64,000 nt of DNA, taken from contig CAWCUS010000002.1 in the NCBI GenBank assembly GCA_963798845.1, positions 640,001 through 704,000 of the forward strand. Reading direction: 5' to 3'. The notes under the pieces are model-generated. The model was not told the origin of the DNA. It saw nothing but the letters and a program-made list of their open reading frames with translations, and made no database searches. How positions within the stretch are numbered: position 1 is the stretch's first letter; each line of letters starts with the position of its first letter. This document shows positions 20,328-30,182 of the stretch, in pieces. Both the position numbers and the translations under genes were made by a program. This DNA is from an uncultured Gemmatimonadales bacterium (GTDB taxonomy: Bacteria > Gemmatimonadota > Gemmatimonadetes > Longimicrobiales > RSA9).

Positions 20328-21514
20328 TGCGATCGCGACTCTGGCCGGCGCTGCTGCCCCTGCTCCTGTCCCTCGCGGCGACGGCGCGGGCGCAGACCCT
20401 GCCGCCTCCCCTCGAGGTGCGCGGCGACGGCGACCCCGTCAAAGTCTCCGTCGGCATGCACCGCGGGTACCCCGCCTATCCGGCCTGGGTGCTCCGGGCC
20501 GTCGGCGCCCGCGTGGATCCCACCCCCGACGGCGTGCGCGTCGTGTTCGACGCCGACACGCTCCTCTTCCACCTCGGATCCCCGTTCTTCACGGCGGGCG
20601 GCACGCCCTGGCAGCTCGTGCAGCCGGTGTACCGCGAGGGCGGGGTGCTCTACCTCCCGCACCAGCTCTTCGCCGAATGGCTCCCGCGGAGCCACGGCGA
20701 CCGCATCGTCTACGACGCCGGGCGCCTCGAGCTCAGGCGCCAGCAGGCCTCCCGGCCGCCTTCGAAGGCGGCCGCGGATACGGCGGTCCCCGCCCGTGCA
20801 TCGCCCTCGCCCCTGGTGGTGATCGACCCCGGCCACGGCGGCGACGACTCGGGCGCCGTCGGGCCGAGCGGGCTGAAGGAGAAGGACGTCGTCCTGCAGG
20901 TGTCGAAGCGGCTTGCGAAGGTCCTGGTGGAGCGCGGGTACGAGGTGCGCCTGACCCGCACGACGGACACGCTGATCCCGCTGGCGCAGCGACCGCACCT
21001 GGCGAACGGCTGGCGGGGCGGCCGTCCGGGATTGTTCATCTCCATCCATGCGAACAACTTCCGCGACCGGCGAGTGAAAGGGTTCGAGACCTTCTTCCTC
21101 TCGACTGCCCGCACCGAGGACGAGCGCCGCGTCGCCGAAATGGAGAACTCGGCCGTGGAGTACGAGACACCCGGCCATACCGTCACCGAAACGGACGACC
21201 TCTCGCTGATCCTGAACAACCTGCGCAACGACTTCTACATCCGCGCCTCCCACGCCCTCGCGGGACTGGTTCAGAAAGAGTTCGCGCCGTTCCAGGACGG
21301 GGACGACCGCGGCGTGAAGCAGGCCGGCTTTCGCGTCCTGGTAGGGGCCTTCATGCCGGCGGTGCTGGTGGAGCTGGCGTTCATCTCGAACCCCGCGGAG
21401 GAGCGCCTGCTGGGCTCCGGCTCCTTCCAGGTCAAGCTCGCCAACGGGGTGGCGGACGCGGTGGACGACTTCTTCCGCGAATACGACGGCCTCTGGACGG
21501 GCGCGAGCCCGTGA
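20327..21514 (+). CDS. N-acetylmuramoyl-L-alanine amidase (Amidase_3), secreted
   Basis: Signal peptide; VIDPGHGG.D.GA, EKD, FISIHAN, MPAVLVE. Confidence 0.93.
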   Translation: MRSRLWPALLPLLLSLAATARAQTLPPPLEVRGDGDPVKVSVGMHRGYPAYPAWVLRAVGARVDPTPDGVRVVFDADTLLFHLGSPFFTAGGTPWQLVQPVYREGGVLYLPHQLFAEWLPRSHGDRIVYDAGRLELRRQQASRPPSKAAADTAVPARASPSPLVVIDPGHGGDDSGAVGPSGLKEKDVVLQVSKRLAKVLVERGYEVRLTRTTDTLIPLAQRPHLANGWRGGRPGLFISIHANNFRDRRVKGFETFFLSTARTEDERRVAEMENSAVEYETPGHTVTETDDLSLILNNLRNDFYIRASHALAGLVQKEFAPFQDGDDRGVKQAGFRVLVGAFMPAVLVELAFISNPAEERLLGSGSFQVKLANGVADAVDDFFREYDGLWTGASP

Positions 21515-21521
21515 GCCGGGC

Positions 21522-22457
21522 GTGAACCTCGACCAGGACGTCTTCGGCGCCCGGTTCCAGAACCCCGTGCTCCTCGCCAGCGGGACGGCCGGGTACGGCC
21601 AGGAGCTCGATCGGATCCTGGATCTCGACGCCCTGGGCGGCCTGGTCACGAAAGCCGTGACGCCCGAACCTCGCGTGGGCAACCCGGCGCTGCGCGCCGC
21701 GGAATACTGGTCGGGGATGCTGAACTCGGTCGGGCTCGCCAATGTGGGGCTCGACGCGTTCCGTGCGGAGAAGCTTCCCTGGCTGCGCGACCGACTGCGC
21801 GCCGCGCACGTGCTGGTGAACGTCGCCGGGGGGGTGGTGGAGGACTACGTGGCCGTGGTGGACGGTCTGGACGGGGAAGAGGGGTTCCTCGGCTACGAGC
21901 TGAACGTGTCGTGCCCCAACGTGAAGGAGGGCGGCGCGGCGTTCTGCGCCCGCCGTGAGCTGCTGCACGAGGTGGTGGCCGCGGTGCGCGCGCGCACCCG
22001 GCGGCCGCTGGTGGTGAAGCTGGCGCCCAACCTCCCCGACATCGCCGGGACCGCCGAAGCGGCGGTGACGGCGGGGGCGGATGGGCTGACGCTCATCAAC
22101 ACGTTCCCGGGTCTCCTGTTCGACCTGGAGACCCGACGCTCGGTGCTCGGGGCGGGGACCGGGGGGGTGAGCGGGCCGGGGATCCTGCCCATGGGGGTGC
22201 ACGCGGTGTGGAGCGTGCGCCAGCGCGTCGATGTCCCCATCATCGGTGTGGGTGGTATCCGGACGGGGGAGGACGCGGTACAGTACCTGCTCGCGGGGGC
22301 ATCCCTCGTCGCCCTCGGAACCGCTACATTCGCGGACCCGCGCACAGCGGAACGGGTATTGAGAGAACTGCGGCGATACGGCCGCAGACACGGCATCTCC
22401 CACGTGCGGACGCTCATCGGGACCGGGCGTCTGGACGATCAGCGAGACGATCGATGA
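21522..22457 (+). CDS. pyrD: Dihydroorotate dehydrogenase (family 1)
   Basis: NPVLLASGT, ELNVSCPN, VKLAPN, GGVSG, IIGVGGI. Confidence 0.95.
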   Translation: MNLDQDVFGARFQNPVLLASGTAGYGQELDRILDLDALGGLVTKAVTPEPRVGNPALRAAEYWSGMLNSVGLANVGLDAFRAEKLPWLRDRLRAAHVLVNVAGGVVEDYVAVVDGLDGEEGFLGYELNVSCPNVKEGGAAFCARRELLHEVVAAVRARTRRPLVVKLAPNLPDIAGTAEAAVTAGADGLTLINTFPGLLFDLETRRSVLGAGTGGVSGPGILPMGVHAVWSVRQRVDVPIIGVGGIRTGEDAVQYLLAGASLVALGTATFADPRTAERVLRELRRYGRRHGISHVRTLIGTGRLDDQRDDR

Positions 22458-23176
22458 AGAGCCTTATCATCGCCCTCGACCTGCCCACGGCTGGCGAAGC
22501 GCTCGGCCTCGTGGAACGGCTGGGTGATTCTTCGGAGTACTACAAGGTGGGCGCCCAGCTCTTCACGCGTGAGGGGCCGGCGCTCGTGCAGGAGCTGAAG
22601 GACCGGGGCAAGCGCGTGTTCCTCGACCTCAAGTACCACGACATCCCGCACACCGTGGCCCGCGCGGTCGCGGCGGCTCGGGAGTTGGGCGTGGAGATGC
22701 TGACCCTGCACGCCTCGGGCGGCCGCGCCATGCTGGAGGCCGCACGGGAGGTGGTGAGCCCCGGGGAGGAGGGGGCGCCACTGCTCCTGGGCGTGACGCT
22801 GCTCACGTCCGTCACCGCGGCGGACGTGGAGGAGGTCTGGGGCAAGGAGCTGCGCTCGCTGCGCGACGACGTCGGCCGGCTGGCGGCGCTGGCCGCCGAT
22901 GCCGGGCTGGACGGCGTCGTCTCATCCGCGCTGGAGGTGGAGACGCTGAAGCGGAAACACGGGGCGGCGTTCGTGGTGGTCACCCCGGGGATCCGGCTGA
23001 CGGGAGAGGTCTCGGGCGACCAGGCGCGGATCGCCACGCCCACGGAGGCGGTGAAATCCGGGAGCGACTACCTGGTCGTGGGCCGGCCGGTCTACGAGGC
23101 GGAAGACCCGGCGGCGGTGGTGCGGACGATCATGGCCGAAGTGGCCGGAGCCCGGGAATCCGACGTCGCCGTATGA
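22454..23176 (+). CDS. pyrF: Orotidine-5'-phosphate decarboxylase
   Basis: IIALD, YKVG, FLDLKYHDIP.TV, VTPGIR, VVGRP. Confidence 0.97.
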   Translation: MKSLIIALDLPTAGEALGLVERLGDSSEYYKVGAQLFTREGPALVQELKDRGKRVFLDLKYHDIPHTVARAVAAARELGVEMLTLHASGGRAMLEAAREVVSPGEEGAPLLLGVTLLTSVTAADVEEVWGKELRSLRDDVGRLAALAADAGLDGVVSSALEVETLKRKHGAAFVVVTPGIRLTGEVSGDQARIATPTEAVKSGSDYLVVGRPVYEAEDPAAVVRTIMAEVAGARESDVAV

Positions 23177-23598
23177 CCCGAGCGCTGGTGGCCGCCCTCG
23201 TGCTCGCCGCCTCCCCTGCGGCGCTGTCGGCCCAGGACCCCATCGGGCCGATGCTCCATCGCTTCTCCACGCTGTGGCAGCGCGGGGATGCCGCCGCCCT
23301 GGCCGAGTACGGCGCCAGCGCGGGGATCGAGCTCGAGATCGAGGGTGAGCCGATCGGATTGATCACCGGACGCAAGCTTTCCGCCGCGCTCCGCGGCGTG
23401 TTCGCCAACCAGGAGACCGTGTCGGTGATCCCCGGGATGAGCGAGCGGGTGGCCGGCGTGGACGACCGCGCGTTCGCCGAGCTGCGCTGGATGCTCCGAC
23501 CCGCGGGCGCCGTCGCACCCGAGCGCCACACCGTTTTCCTCGGACTGGTGCGGGAGCGCGACGGCTGGCGCGTGTCGCAGATCCGGATCCTGAGGTAG
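23173..23598 (+). CDS. Hypothetical exported protein (possibly NTF2-like)
   Basis: Signal peptide; C-terminal GWRVSQIR strand; ATGA overlap with pyrF. Confidence 0.7.
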   Translation: MTRALVAALVLAASPAALSAQDPIGPMLHRFSTLWQRGDAAALAEYGASAGIELEIEGEPIGLITGRKLSAALRGVFANQETVSVIPGMSERVAGVDDRAFAELRWMLRPAGAVAPERHTVFLGLVRERDGWRVSQIRILR

Positions 23599-24615
23599 AT
23601 GGTCGGGCTCCTCGGCAGCATCCTGGCCCTGCAGCAAGCCCGGACGGGCGACACCATCGGCTTGTCGAAGGGTGTCGGGCAGATCGTGGACACCGTCGCC
23701 GCCCGTTTCGAGGCCGCGAAGGCGCACGGGCTCCGTGCACTGGTGAACTGGCCGGAGCTGGTGGCGGACTTCGTCCGGGTCGCTTTCATCCTGCTCCTGG
23801 CGTACATCGCCTACCGCCTGCTGAAGGTGTTCACCCGGCGGCTGCAGCGCGAAGTGGACGAGCCGGACATGGTCCGCAAGCGGCTGCGCGAGCAGCGCGC
23901 CCAGACCATGGCGAGCCTGCTGAACAACGTCGGGCTCATCACCATCGCGGTCCTCGCCGCGCTGATGATCCTCGGCACCTTCATCGAGATCGGTCCCCTC
24001 CTCGCCGGCGTCGGCGTGCTCGGCCTGGCCTTCTCCTTCGGTGCCCAGACGCTCGTCAAGGACCTCATCGCCGGCGGCTTCATGCTCGTGGAAGGCCAGT
24101 TCGCGGTGGGCGACGTGGTGCGCGTGGGCGACACGGCCGGCATGGTCGAGAAGATGACGCTCCGCACCATGGTGCTACGCGACGTCAACGGCGTGGTGCA
24201 CATCATCCCGAACGGCTCGGTCGAGATGCTGAGCAACCTGACCAAGAACTGGTCGCGCGCGGTGCTGGAGATCGGCGTCGCCTACAAGGAGGACGTCGAC
24301 CGCGTCATGGAGGTCATGCGCGACGAAGCGATCCGGATGTGGAAGGACGCCGACTGGGCGCCGCTCATCGTGGAGGAGCCCACGGTCCCCGGGGTCGAGC
24401 GCTTCGACGACTCGGCCGTGGTCATCCGCGTGATGTTCAAGACACTCCCCCTCAAGCAGTGGGACGTGGCGCGACAGTTCCGGCGCCGGATCAAGAACCG
24501 TCTCGACGACGAGGGGATCGAGATCCCGTTCCCGCACCGCACGCTCTACTGGGGCACCGAGGGCGAGCAGAATCCCGGCCTGGCCAGGGCCGCGGCGGAG
24601 CGCGGCAACAGCTAA
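23599..24615 (+). CDS. Mechanosensitive channel, MscS family
   Basis: GLAFSFGAQTLVKD, FAVGDVV, G.VE.MTLR, IIPNG, GIEIPFP. Confidence 0.95.
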   Translation: MVGLLGSILALQQARTGDTIGLSKGVGQIVDTVAARFEAAKAHGLRALVNWPELVADFVRVAFILLLAYIAYRLLKVFTRRLQREVDEPDMVRKRLREQRAQTMASLLNNVGLITIAVLAALMILGTFIEIGPLLAGVGVLGLAFSFGAQTLVKDLIAGGFMLVEGQFAVGDVVRVGDTAGMVEKMTLRTMVLRDVNGVVHIIPNGSVEMLSNLTKNWSRAVLEIGVAYKEDVDRVMEVMRDEAIRMWKDADWAPLIVEEPTVPGVERFDDSAVVIRVMFKTLPLKQWDVARQFRRRIKNRLDDEGIEIPFPHRTLYWGTEGEQNPGLARAAAERGNS

Positions 24616-24640
24616 CCCGACCCGGAACACACGGATTCCG

Positions 24641-26104
24641 ATGGCCCTGCGGTTCTACAACACCCTCACCCGCGCAGTCGAGCCCTTCGCGCCGCTCCAC
24701 GAAGGGCGAGTCGGCCTCTACGCCTGCGGCCCGACGGTCTACCAGCTCCCGCACGTGGGGAACTACCGCACGTTCCTGTTCGACGACCTCCTCCACCGCT
24801 ACCTGGAGTGGAAGGGGTACGACGTGCGCTACGTCATGAACCTGACGGACGTGGACGACAAGATCATCGCCAACGCCCGCGCCGCGGGCGTGCCGATCGC
24901 CGAGTACACGACGCCCTACATCGACGGCTTCATGAAGGAGCTCGAGCGCCTCGGCGTGCGGCCGGCCGATGTGTATCCCCGCGCCACCGCCAGCCTCGAC
25001 GCCATGCGGGGGCTGGTGGAGCGGCTGGTGGAGAACGGCCACGCCTACCGCGCAGACGACGGGTCGGTCTACTACGACATCTCCTCGTTCGGCGGCTACG
25101 GCAAGCTGTCGCGCATCCCGCTCGACGAGGTGCGCCAGGGCGAACGCGTGGCCACGGACGAGTACGAGAAGGCCGATGCCCGCGACTTCGCGCTCTGGAA
25201 GGCGGCCAAGGAAGTGGACCGGGAGGTCGGCGCGGCCTGGGCGTCGCCGTGGGGCGAGGGTCGCCCGGGATGGCACCTGGAGTGCTCCGCCATGAGCATG
25301 GCGCACCTGGGCGAGACCTTCGACATCCACACCGGCGGCGAGGACCTCGTCTTCCCGCACCACGAGGACGAGATCGCGCAGTCCGAGGGCGCCACCGGCC
25401 GCCCGTTCGTGCGATACTGGCTGCACGCCCGTCACCTCATGATGGACACCGAGAAGATGTCCAAGTCCCTCGGCAACGTCGTCCGGGTCACCGACATCCT
25501 GGACGCCGGCTACCCTCCCGTCGCGCTCCGCTACCTCCTCGTCTCCGCCCACTATCGCAAGGAGCTCCGCTTCTCCTACGACGCGCTGGACGACGCCCGC
25601 GCCGCCACCCGCCGGATCCTGGATTTCCGCGATCGGCTGACCGACGCGGCCCTGGCGGCAAGCGGGGCCGGCGACGACAGTGCAGCCGTCCGGCTCCCGG
25701 ATGCCGGGCTGCCGGCTCTGGCCGACGCAGCCGTGGCCGGCTTCGAGGCCGGGCTCGATGACGACCTGAACACGCCCGCCGCCCTGGCCGCGCTGTTCAC
25801 GTTCATCCGCCAGGTGAATGCCGCCCTGGACGGGGTCGGGGCCGTCGCGCCTGACGCGCTGGAGCGGGCCAGCTCCGCGCTGTCGTCGATGGACGACGTG
25901 CTGGGAATCCTCGAGCTCGCCGACCGCCGCGAAGGCCCTGCGGAGGCGCTGGTCGCGCGCGTCGAGGGCCTCATCGCGGATCGCCAGCAGGCCAGGAAGG
26001 ACCGCGACTTCGCCCGCGCGGACGCCATCCGCGACGAGATCGCCGCCATGGGCGTGATCCTGGAGGACACGCCGCAGGGGCCGCGCTGGAAGCCGGCGGA
26101 CTGA
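24641..26104 (+). CDS. cysS: Cysteine--tRNA ligase
   Basis: [34 protein letters not shown]. Confidence 0.98.
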   Translation: MALRFYNTLTRAVEPFAPLHEGRVGLYACGPTVYQLPHVGNYRTFLFDDLLHRYLEWKGYDVRYVMNLTDVDDKIIANARAAGVPIAEYTTPYIDGFMKELERLGVRPADVYPRATASLDAMRGLVERLVENGHAYRADDGSVYYDISSFGGYGKLSRIPLDEVRQGERVATDEYEKADARDFALWKAAKEVDREVGAAWASPWGEGRPGWHLECSAMSMAHLGETFDIHTGGEDLVFPHHEDEIAQSEGATGRPFVRYWLHARHLMMDTEKMSKSLGNVVRVTDILDAGYPPVALRYLLVSAHYRKELRFSYDALDDARAATRRILDFRDRLTDAALAASGAGDDSAAVRLPDAGLPALADAAVAGFEAGLDDDLNTPAALAALFTFIRQVNAALDGVGAVAPDALERASSALSSMDDVLGILELADRREGPAEALVARVEGLIADRQQARKDRDFARADAIRDEIAAMGVILEDTPQGPRWKPAD

Positions 26105-26169
26105 CTGCTGACGGGAACGCCCCTTGCGCCTTCGCCGCACCGACTTCGGACCTGTGCAGGGAGGCGGGC

Positions 26170-26730
26170 GTGCGACGGATCGGCGGGATCGGAGGGGCTC
26201 TGCTCCTCGCGGCGGTGGCGCTCGCCGGCTGCGACAGCAGCCGGGACAACGAGGGCTGGCAGCCGAATCAGACCATGCGGGACACGCTCCCGGCCGCGGC
26301 CACGCCGGCGGACTCCAGTGCGGGCCTGACCGTCACGCTGACCGAGTGGAACGTGCGCCTGGCCAGGGACACCGTCCCGCCCGGGATCCGGCATTTCCGC
26401 GCCAGGAACATCGGTGAGCTGAAGCACGTCCTGGCGGTGCAGGGCGGTGGCGGCGAGTGGCAGACGGACACCATCCCGCCCGGCGGCTGGGCCGCCCTGG
26501 ACGTGGACCTGCGCCCCGGGACGTACACGGTCTACTGCCCCCTCGACACCGATCGGGGCGACCACTCCCGGCTCGGCATGCAGACGTACCTGGCGGTCCT
26601 CCCCGAAGGCGGGTCTGCGACAGTCGGCTCCGAGCGCCCGCGGCCCGGTGCCGCGGAGCCGAGGGCCGGCCCGGCGGTGCGGAACCCGCAGGCCGATGCC
26701 GAGCCGCCCGACACGGGCGGACTGCCCTAG
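26170..26730 (+). CDS. Cupredoxin-like lipoprotein
   Basis: LAGC lipobox; N.G..KH and GTYTVYC......H...GM type-1 copper ligand pattern. Confidence 0.75.
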   Translation: MRRIGGIGGALLLAAVALAGCDSSRDNEGWQPNQTMRDTLPAAATPADSSAGLTVTLTEWNVRLARDTVPPGIRHFRARNIGELKHVLAVQGGGGEWQTDTIPPGGWAALDVDLRPGTYTVYCPLDTDRGDHSRLGMQTYLAVLPEGGSATVGSERPRPGAAEPRAGPAVRNPQADAEPPDTGGLP

Positions 26731-26912
26731 CGCGTCCGGGACGCTTGCCATGCCTCCGCGCTCCAGGATCCTGGATGTGGCAGGCGTGCGGATCATCAGC
26801 GTGGACCGGGTGGCTGGCGACTGCTTCTTCCAGAAGCACGGCGGTGAAGGGACGCCTGAAGCCGTGCCGCGCGTGGACGTGCAGGGGCGGATCAGTACAG
26901 AGTGTCGGGGGA

Positions 26913-26985
26913 AGCCGGGTGGGGGACTCGAACCCCCGACCTGCTGATTACAAATCAGCTGCTCTGCCAACTGAGCTAACCCGGC
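26913..26985 (-). tRNA. tRNA-Thr(UGU)
   Basis: GCCGGGT acceptor, D-arm AGCTCAGTTGGCAGAGC, anticodon arm GCTGA-TTTGTAA-TCAGC, T-arm GGTTCGAGTCC; CCA not encoded. Confidence 0.97.
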
Positions 26986-26995
26986 GAAGGCCAGG

Positions 26996-27024
26996 AATCT
27001 CGATCCGCCGGGTCCACGGGTCAA
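26996..27024 (-). promoter_or_regulatory. Candidate sigma70 promoter of tRNA-Thr
   Basis: TTGACC-17-GAGATT, 10 bp upstream of the tRNA 5' end. Confidence 0.45.
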
Positions 27025-27091
27025 CCGCGCTATCCGGCGGACGGTGACGGCGGGGGTCCGGCGCATGGGGCCGTTTGCCATAACGGTCGGT

Positions 27092-29995
27092 CTAGCCGTT
27101 CCCGAGCAGGCGGTCGATGTGGGACCGGACGGCGCGCACCTGCGGTTGGAGGACGGGGTCTGCTTCCGCCCAGAGCTCCGCGAACGCGTCGTAGTAGCGG
27201 ATGGCGGTGACCGTGTCGGCGGACTGCTCCGCGAGCTCGCCGATCCGGCGGTAGACGGGGGCGAGGGGGAAGAGAATACCGGCGGCGTTCGGGAAGGCGC
27301 CGTCCCGTTCGATCCTCGCCGCTTCCATGTACTGGGCCAGGGCGGAGTCGGGGCGCTGGAGGCCGTCGAAGGCCAGGGCCTGGATCAGGTGATCCGCCAG
27401 CACGTGGTTGCCGAAGTTGCTGCGGACCGCTTCCCTCTCCTGCGCTATGGCGCTCGCCGGGTCACCGCGCTCGAGCGAACGGACCGCGAGCAGGCGGCGG
27501 CTCCAGGCGCCGCTGCGCAGGAGAACCGTGAACGAAGGGTCGGCATCCCAGCGGGCGGGATCCTCGCCTTCGGCGGCGCACGCAGCCAGCTCCCGGCTGC
27601 GCCCGATCTCGGCGGCGGCCGCGCATATGAGAAACCTGCTCAGGTGCATGGGCGCCCGGGCGATGCCGGTGTCGGGCATGGCCGGGGCGGCGCGCTGGAG
27701 CAGGGTCCAGGCGCGATCCGGCTGACCGGTGAGCGTGGCGACGTGGGCCACCGCTGCCACCGCCGCGGCCCGGTCCCACGGATGGCCCCGGCCGGTGTCC
27801 GCGAGCACGGCCTGCAGTCCGCGGCCGGCGGCGGCGAGCTTACCGCGGGCGAGGTAGACGTAGGGACAGCCGTCGTAGGTCGGCCGGCCCGCGCAGAAGG
27901 CCTCGGCGCCTTGCCAGCTGCGGTGCAGGAGGTGGTGCAGGAGCACGGCCGCCGGATCGAGCTCCAGACCGGCGCGGGTGGCCGTGAGCGCCCGGACGCG
28001 GTAGAGGCTGTCGGCCAGTGCGGTGCGCCCCAGCGCCCACGCCGCCGCGCCGCCGCGGGCGAGCGAGAAATCCGCGGCGATTCCGGTGGGGTTGGTCCGG
28101 AGGTGCTGGAGCGAGACATCCAGCGCCCGTTCCCAGCCGCCCTGCCAGAGGGCGACGTCCGCAAGGAACGGCATGGAAGCGTCAGCCGTGGGCGGATACT
28201 CCGCCAGCGCGGCCCCGGCTGCCGCCGCCGCGGCTGTCAGGTCCGAGGCGATGTAGCGCTGGTACAGCGCTTCCATTCCGAGCTGCCCGTCACGCGGGAG
28301 CTCGTCTCGCAGCTCGTACGCGCGCAGCATGTGCGGGACGGCGAGGTCGAAGCGACCCAGACGCTGGTAGTGGACGGCCAGGACGAAGTGGGCGAACGCG
28401 AAGTCGGGCTCGATCCGGATCGCCTCCAGCAGCGGCTCGTCGCCGTGCGCCGGGTCGTGCCAGAGCTGACCGGCCGACAGGTAGTGCGACATCGCCCGCA
28501 GCGCATCGATGCGCGCGCTGGTGATCGGCGGGAGCGGCGGACTGCTCCGGATGCTGGCCCTCGACTCGCCCAGCCGCTCGCGTAGCTCCCGTGAAAGCGC
28601 CGTCACCGCCGCCGACAGCTGGTCGAAACCCGCCACCGTGCTGGCCCGGATCCGCTCCTCGCAGCCAGGCCCCGCGAGGATCGAAACCGCCAGGACGTAG
28701 TCGTTGCCGACTGGCAGGATCCGGCCGGCCAGCACACCCGCCGCTCCCTCACGCTCGGCGATCTGACACGCGAGCGCCGCGTCGACGCGCGTGTCACGCG
28801 GCAGGCGCATGCGCCCGAGCACGTCCTCCAGCCCGCGACGGGTGAACGCGCCGAGACCGCCCACCACGCTGGTGTAGCCGGCGGAGCCCACATCCCGGAC
28901 GAGCAGGGTCTGGAACGCGAGGGCGAGAGCCGTATCGGCCCCGGGCATGTCGAAATCCGACACGAGCAGCCAGTCGCCCCGGGCGAGGGGGGAGGTGACG
29001 CGGCCACTGGCCTCCACCGCGATGGCGGACGACAGCCGGCTGGCACGTAGGATCCCCCAGCCGGTCAGAACGAGAATCACGGCGGCCACACCGCCCACGA
29101 CCAACCGGTCGCGAAAGCCGGAGGGGCGGCGTCGGGCGCGGTTTGGTGCGGTTGCCGGGCGAGATGATTCGCGCAGGGAGTGATCCGCGGGCGCGCGTGC
29201 GCCGGTGTCGCCGGAGGTGATCGACGCCACCTCGGCGGGTTCCCGAGCTGGCCGCGGCTCGGCTGGAGCATCGTGGAGCGTTTGCGCGAGGGCGACCAGC
29301 TCCGGCGACGGCTCCAGCTCGAGCTCCCGAGCCAGCTCAACGGCCCACGACTCGTAGACGCCGAGCGCGCCCGCGCGGTCCCCGGCGGCCGCGAGGGCCC
29401 GGATCAGCTCGTCCGCCGCGGCCTCGCTCTCCGGCGCCAGTCGCAGCGCCCGGATTGCCGTCTGCGCGGCCTCCGGCAGACGACCGCTCGAGATGTGGGC
29501 GTACGCCGCCTCCCGGGCAGCGTTCGCGGCCGCGGAGCGGAGCCGGTCCCGCTCCGTCCCGGCCCACGCTTCGAACCCCGCCGCCCCGCTCGCGTGGAAC
29601 CCGGACAGGAACGGGCCGGCGTAAAGGTCGAGCGCGGTACCGTGATCGCCCGCGGCGATGGCGTCCTCGAACGCCAGGACGTCGCAGGCGATGGCACCCG
29701 GCGCCACACGGACGTCATTCTTCCCCCGCAGCTCCAGGATCTCCGGGCCCGCCGCCCGCCGGATGCGGGTGAGCGCCTGGCTCAGGGCGCCACGGGCGTG
29801 CTCGTCGTCGCTGTCCGGCCAGAAGAGGGCGCACAGGGTATCACGGCGAACGAAGCCCCGGGGACGGGCAAGGAGGAGATAGACCAGGAGGGCCAGGCTC
29901 CTCGGCTGAGCCAGCACGAAGCCGACGCTTCCGCCTTGTGCCGTGCGGAGGTCGGGGGATCCGAACGTCCGGAGTCGAAGCACCAGATCACGCAC
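27092..29995 (-). CDS. SARP-type (wHTH + BTAD) transcriptional regulator with a TM helix and C-terminal TPR-like region
   Basis: LRTFG, LALLVYL, RRD.L.ALFWPD, ALSQAL.RIR, DV.AFE, LY.GPFL.GF, F..W...ER, LELEPSPE; TM LVVGGVAAVILVLTGWGIL; helical repeats follow. Start may be slightly downstream. Confidence 0.88.
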   Translation of the reverse strand: MRDLVLRLRTFGSPDLRTAQGGSVGFVLAQPRSLALLVYLLLARPRGFVRRDTLCALFWPDSDDEHARGALSQALTRIRRAAGPEILELRGKNDVRVAPGAIACDVLAFEDAIAAGDHGTALDLYAGPFLSGFHASGAAGFEAWAGTERDRLRSAAANAAREAAYAHISSGRLPEAAQTAIRALRLAPESEAAADELIRALAAAGDRAGALGVYESWAVELARELELEPSPELVALAQTLHDAPAEPRPAREPAEVASITSGDTGARAPADHSLRESSRPATAPNRARRRPSGFRDRLVVGGVAAVILVLTGWGILRASRLSSAIAVEASGRVTSPLARGDWLLVSDFDMPGADTALALAFQTLLVRDVGSAGYTSVVGGLGAFTRRGLEDVLGRMRLPRDTRVDAALACQIAEREGAAGVLAGRILPVGNDYVLAVSILAGPGCEERIRASTVAGFDQLSAAVTALSRELRERLGESRASIRSSPPLPPITSARIDALRAMSHYLSAGQLWHDPAHGDEPLLEAIRIEPDFAFAHFVLAVHYQRLGRFDLAVPHMLRAYELRDELPRDGQLGMEALYQRYIASDLTAAAAAAGAALAEYPPTADASMPFLADVALWQGGWERALDVSLQHLRTNPTGIAADFSLARGGAAAWALGRTALADSLYRVRALTATRAGLELDPAAVLLHHLLHRSWQGAEAFCAGRPTYDGCPYVYLARGKLAAAGRGLQAVLADTGRGHPWDRAAAVAAVAHVATLTGQPDRAWTLLQRAAPAMPDTGIARAPMHLSRFLICAAAAEIGRSRELAACAAEGEDPARWDADPSFTVLLRSGAWSRRLLAVRSLERGDPASAIAQEREAVRSNFGNHVLADHLIQALAFDGLQRPDSALAQYMEAARIERDGAFPNAAGILFPLAPVYRRIGELAEQSADTVTAIRYYDAFAELWAEADPVLQPQVRAVRSHIDRLLGNG

Positions 29996-30067
29996 TGGAA
30001 CGGCCGCGCGGACGGGGACGTCGACTTCCTCCGCGCGGGTGAACCTCCACGATACCCTCCACGCACG

Positions 30068-30112
30068 ACAAGAGCAACGGGACAGGGGCGCACACCTCCC
30101 CTGTCCCGTTGC
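30068..30112 (-). terminator. Terminator after the large lipoprotein gene
   Basis: Perfect 15-bp stem GCAACGGGACAGGGG/CCCCTGTCCCGTTGC (30074-30112) followed by TCTTGT on the minus strand. Confidence 0.7.
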
Positions 30113-30182
30113 CCGGGCAGTTCGAAACGGCCGGTCCCTCGTGGCGGGCTCGCCGGAGCGGCCCGCCGCGAGGTGTCAGCGG

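Noticed and set aside
26740..26900. HGFRRPFTAVLLEE on the minus strand past the tRNA-Thr 3' end, reminiscent of an integrase HxxR box
   Set aside because: Too short; no LGH/Tyr motif, no start codon, no att repeat.
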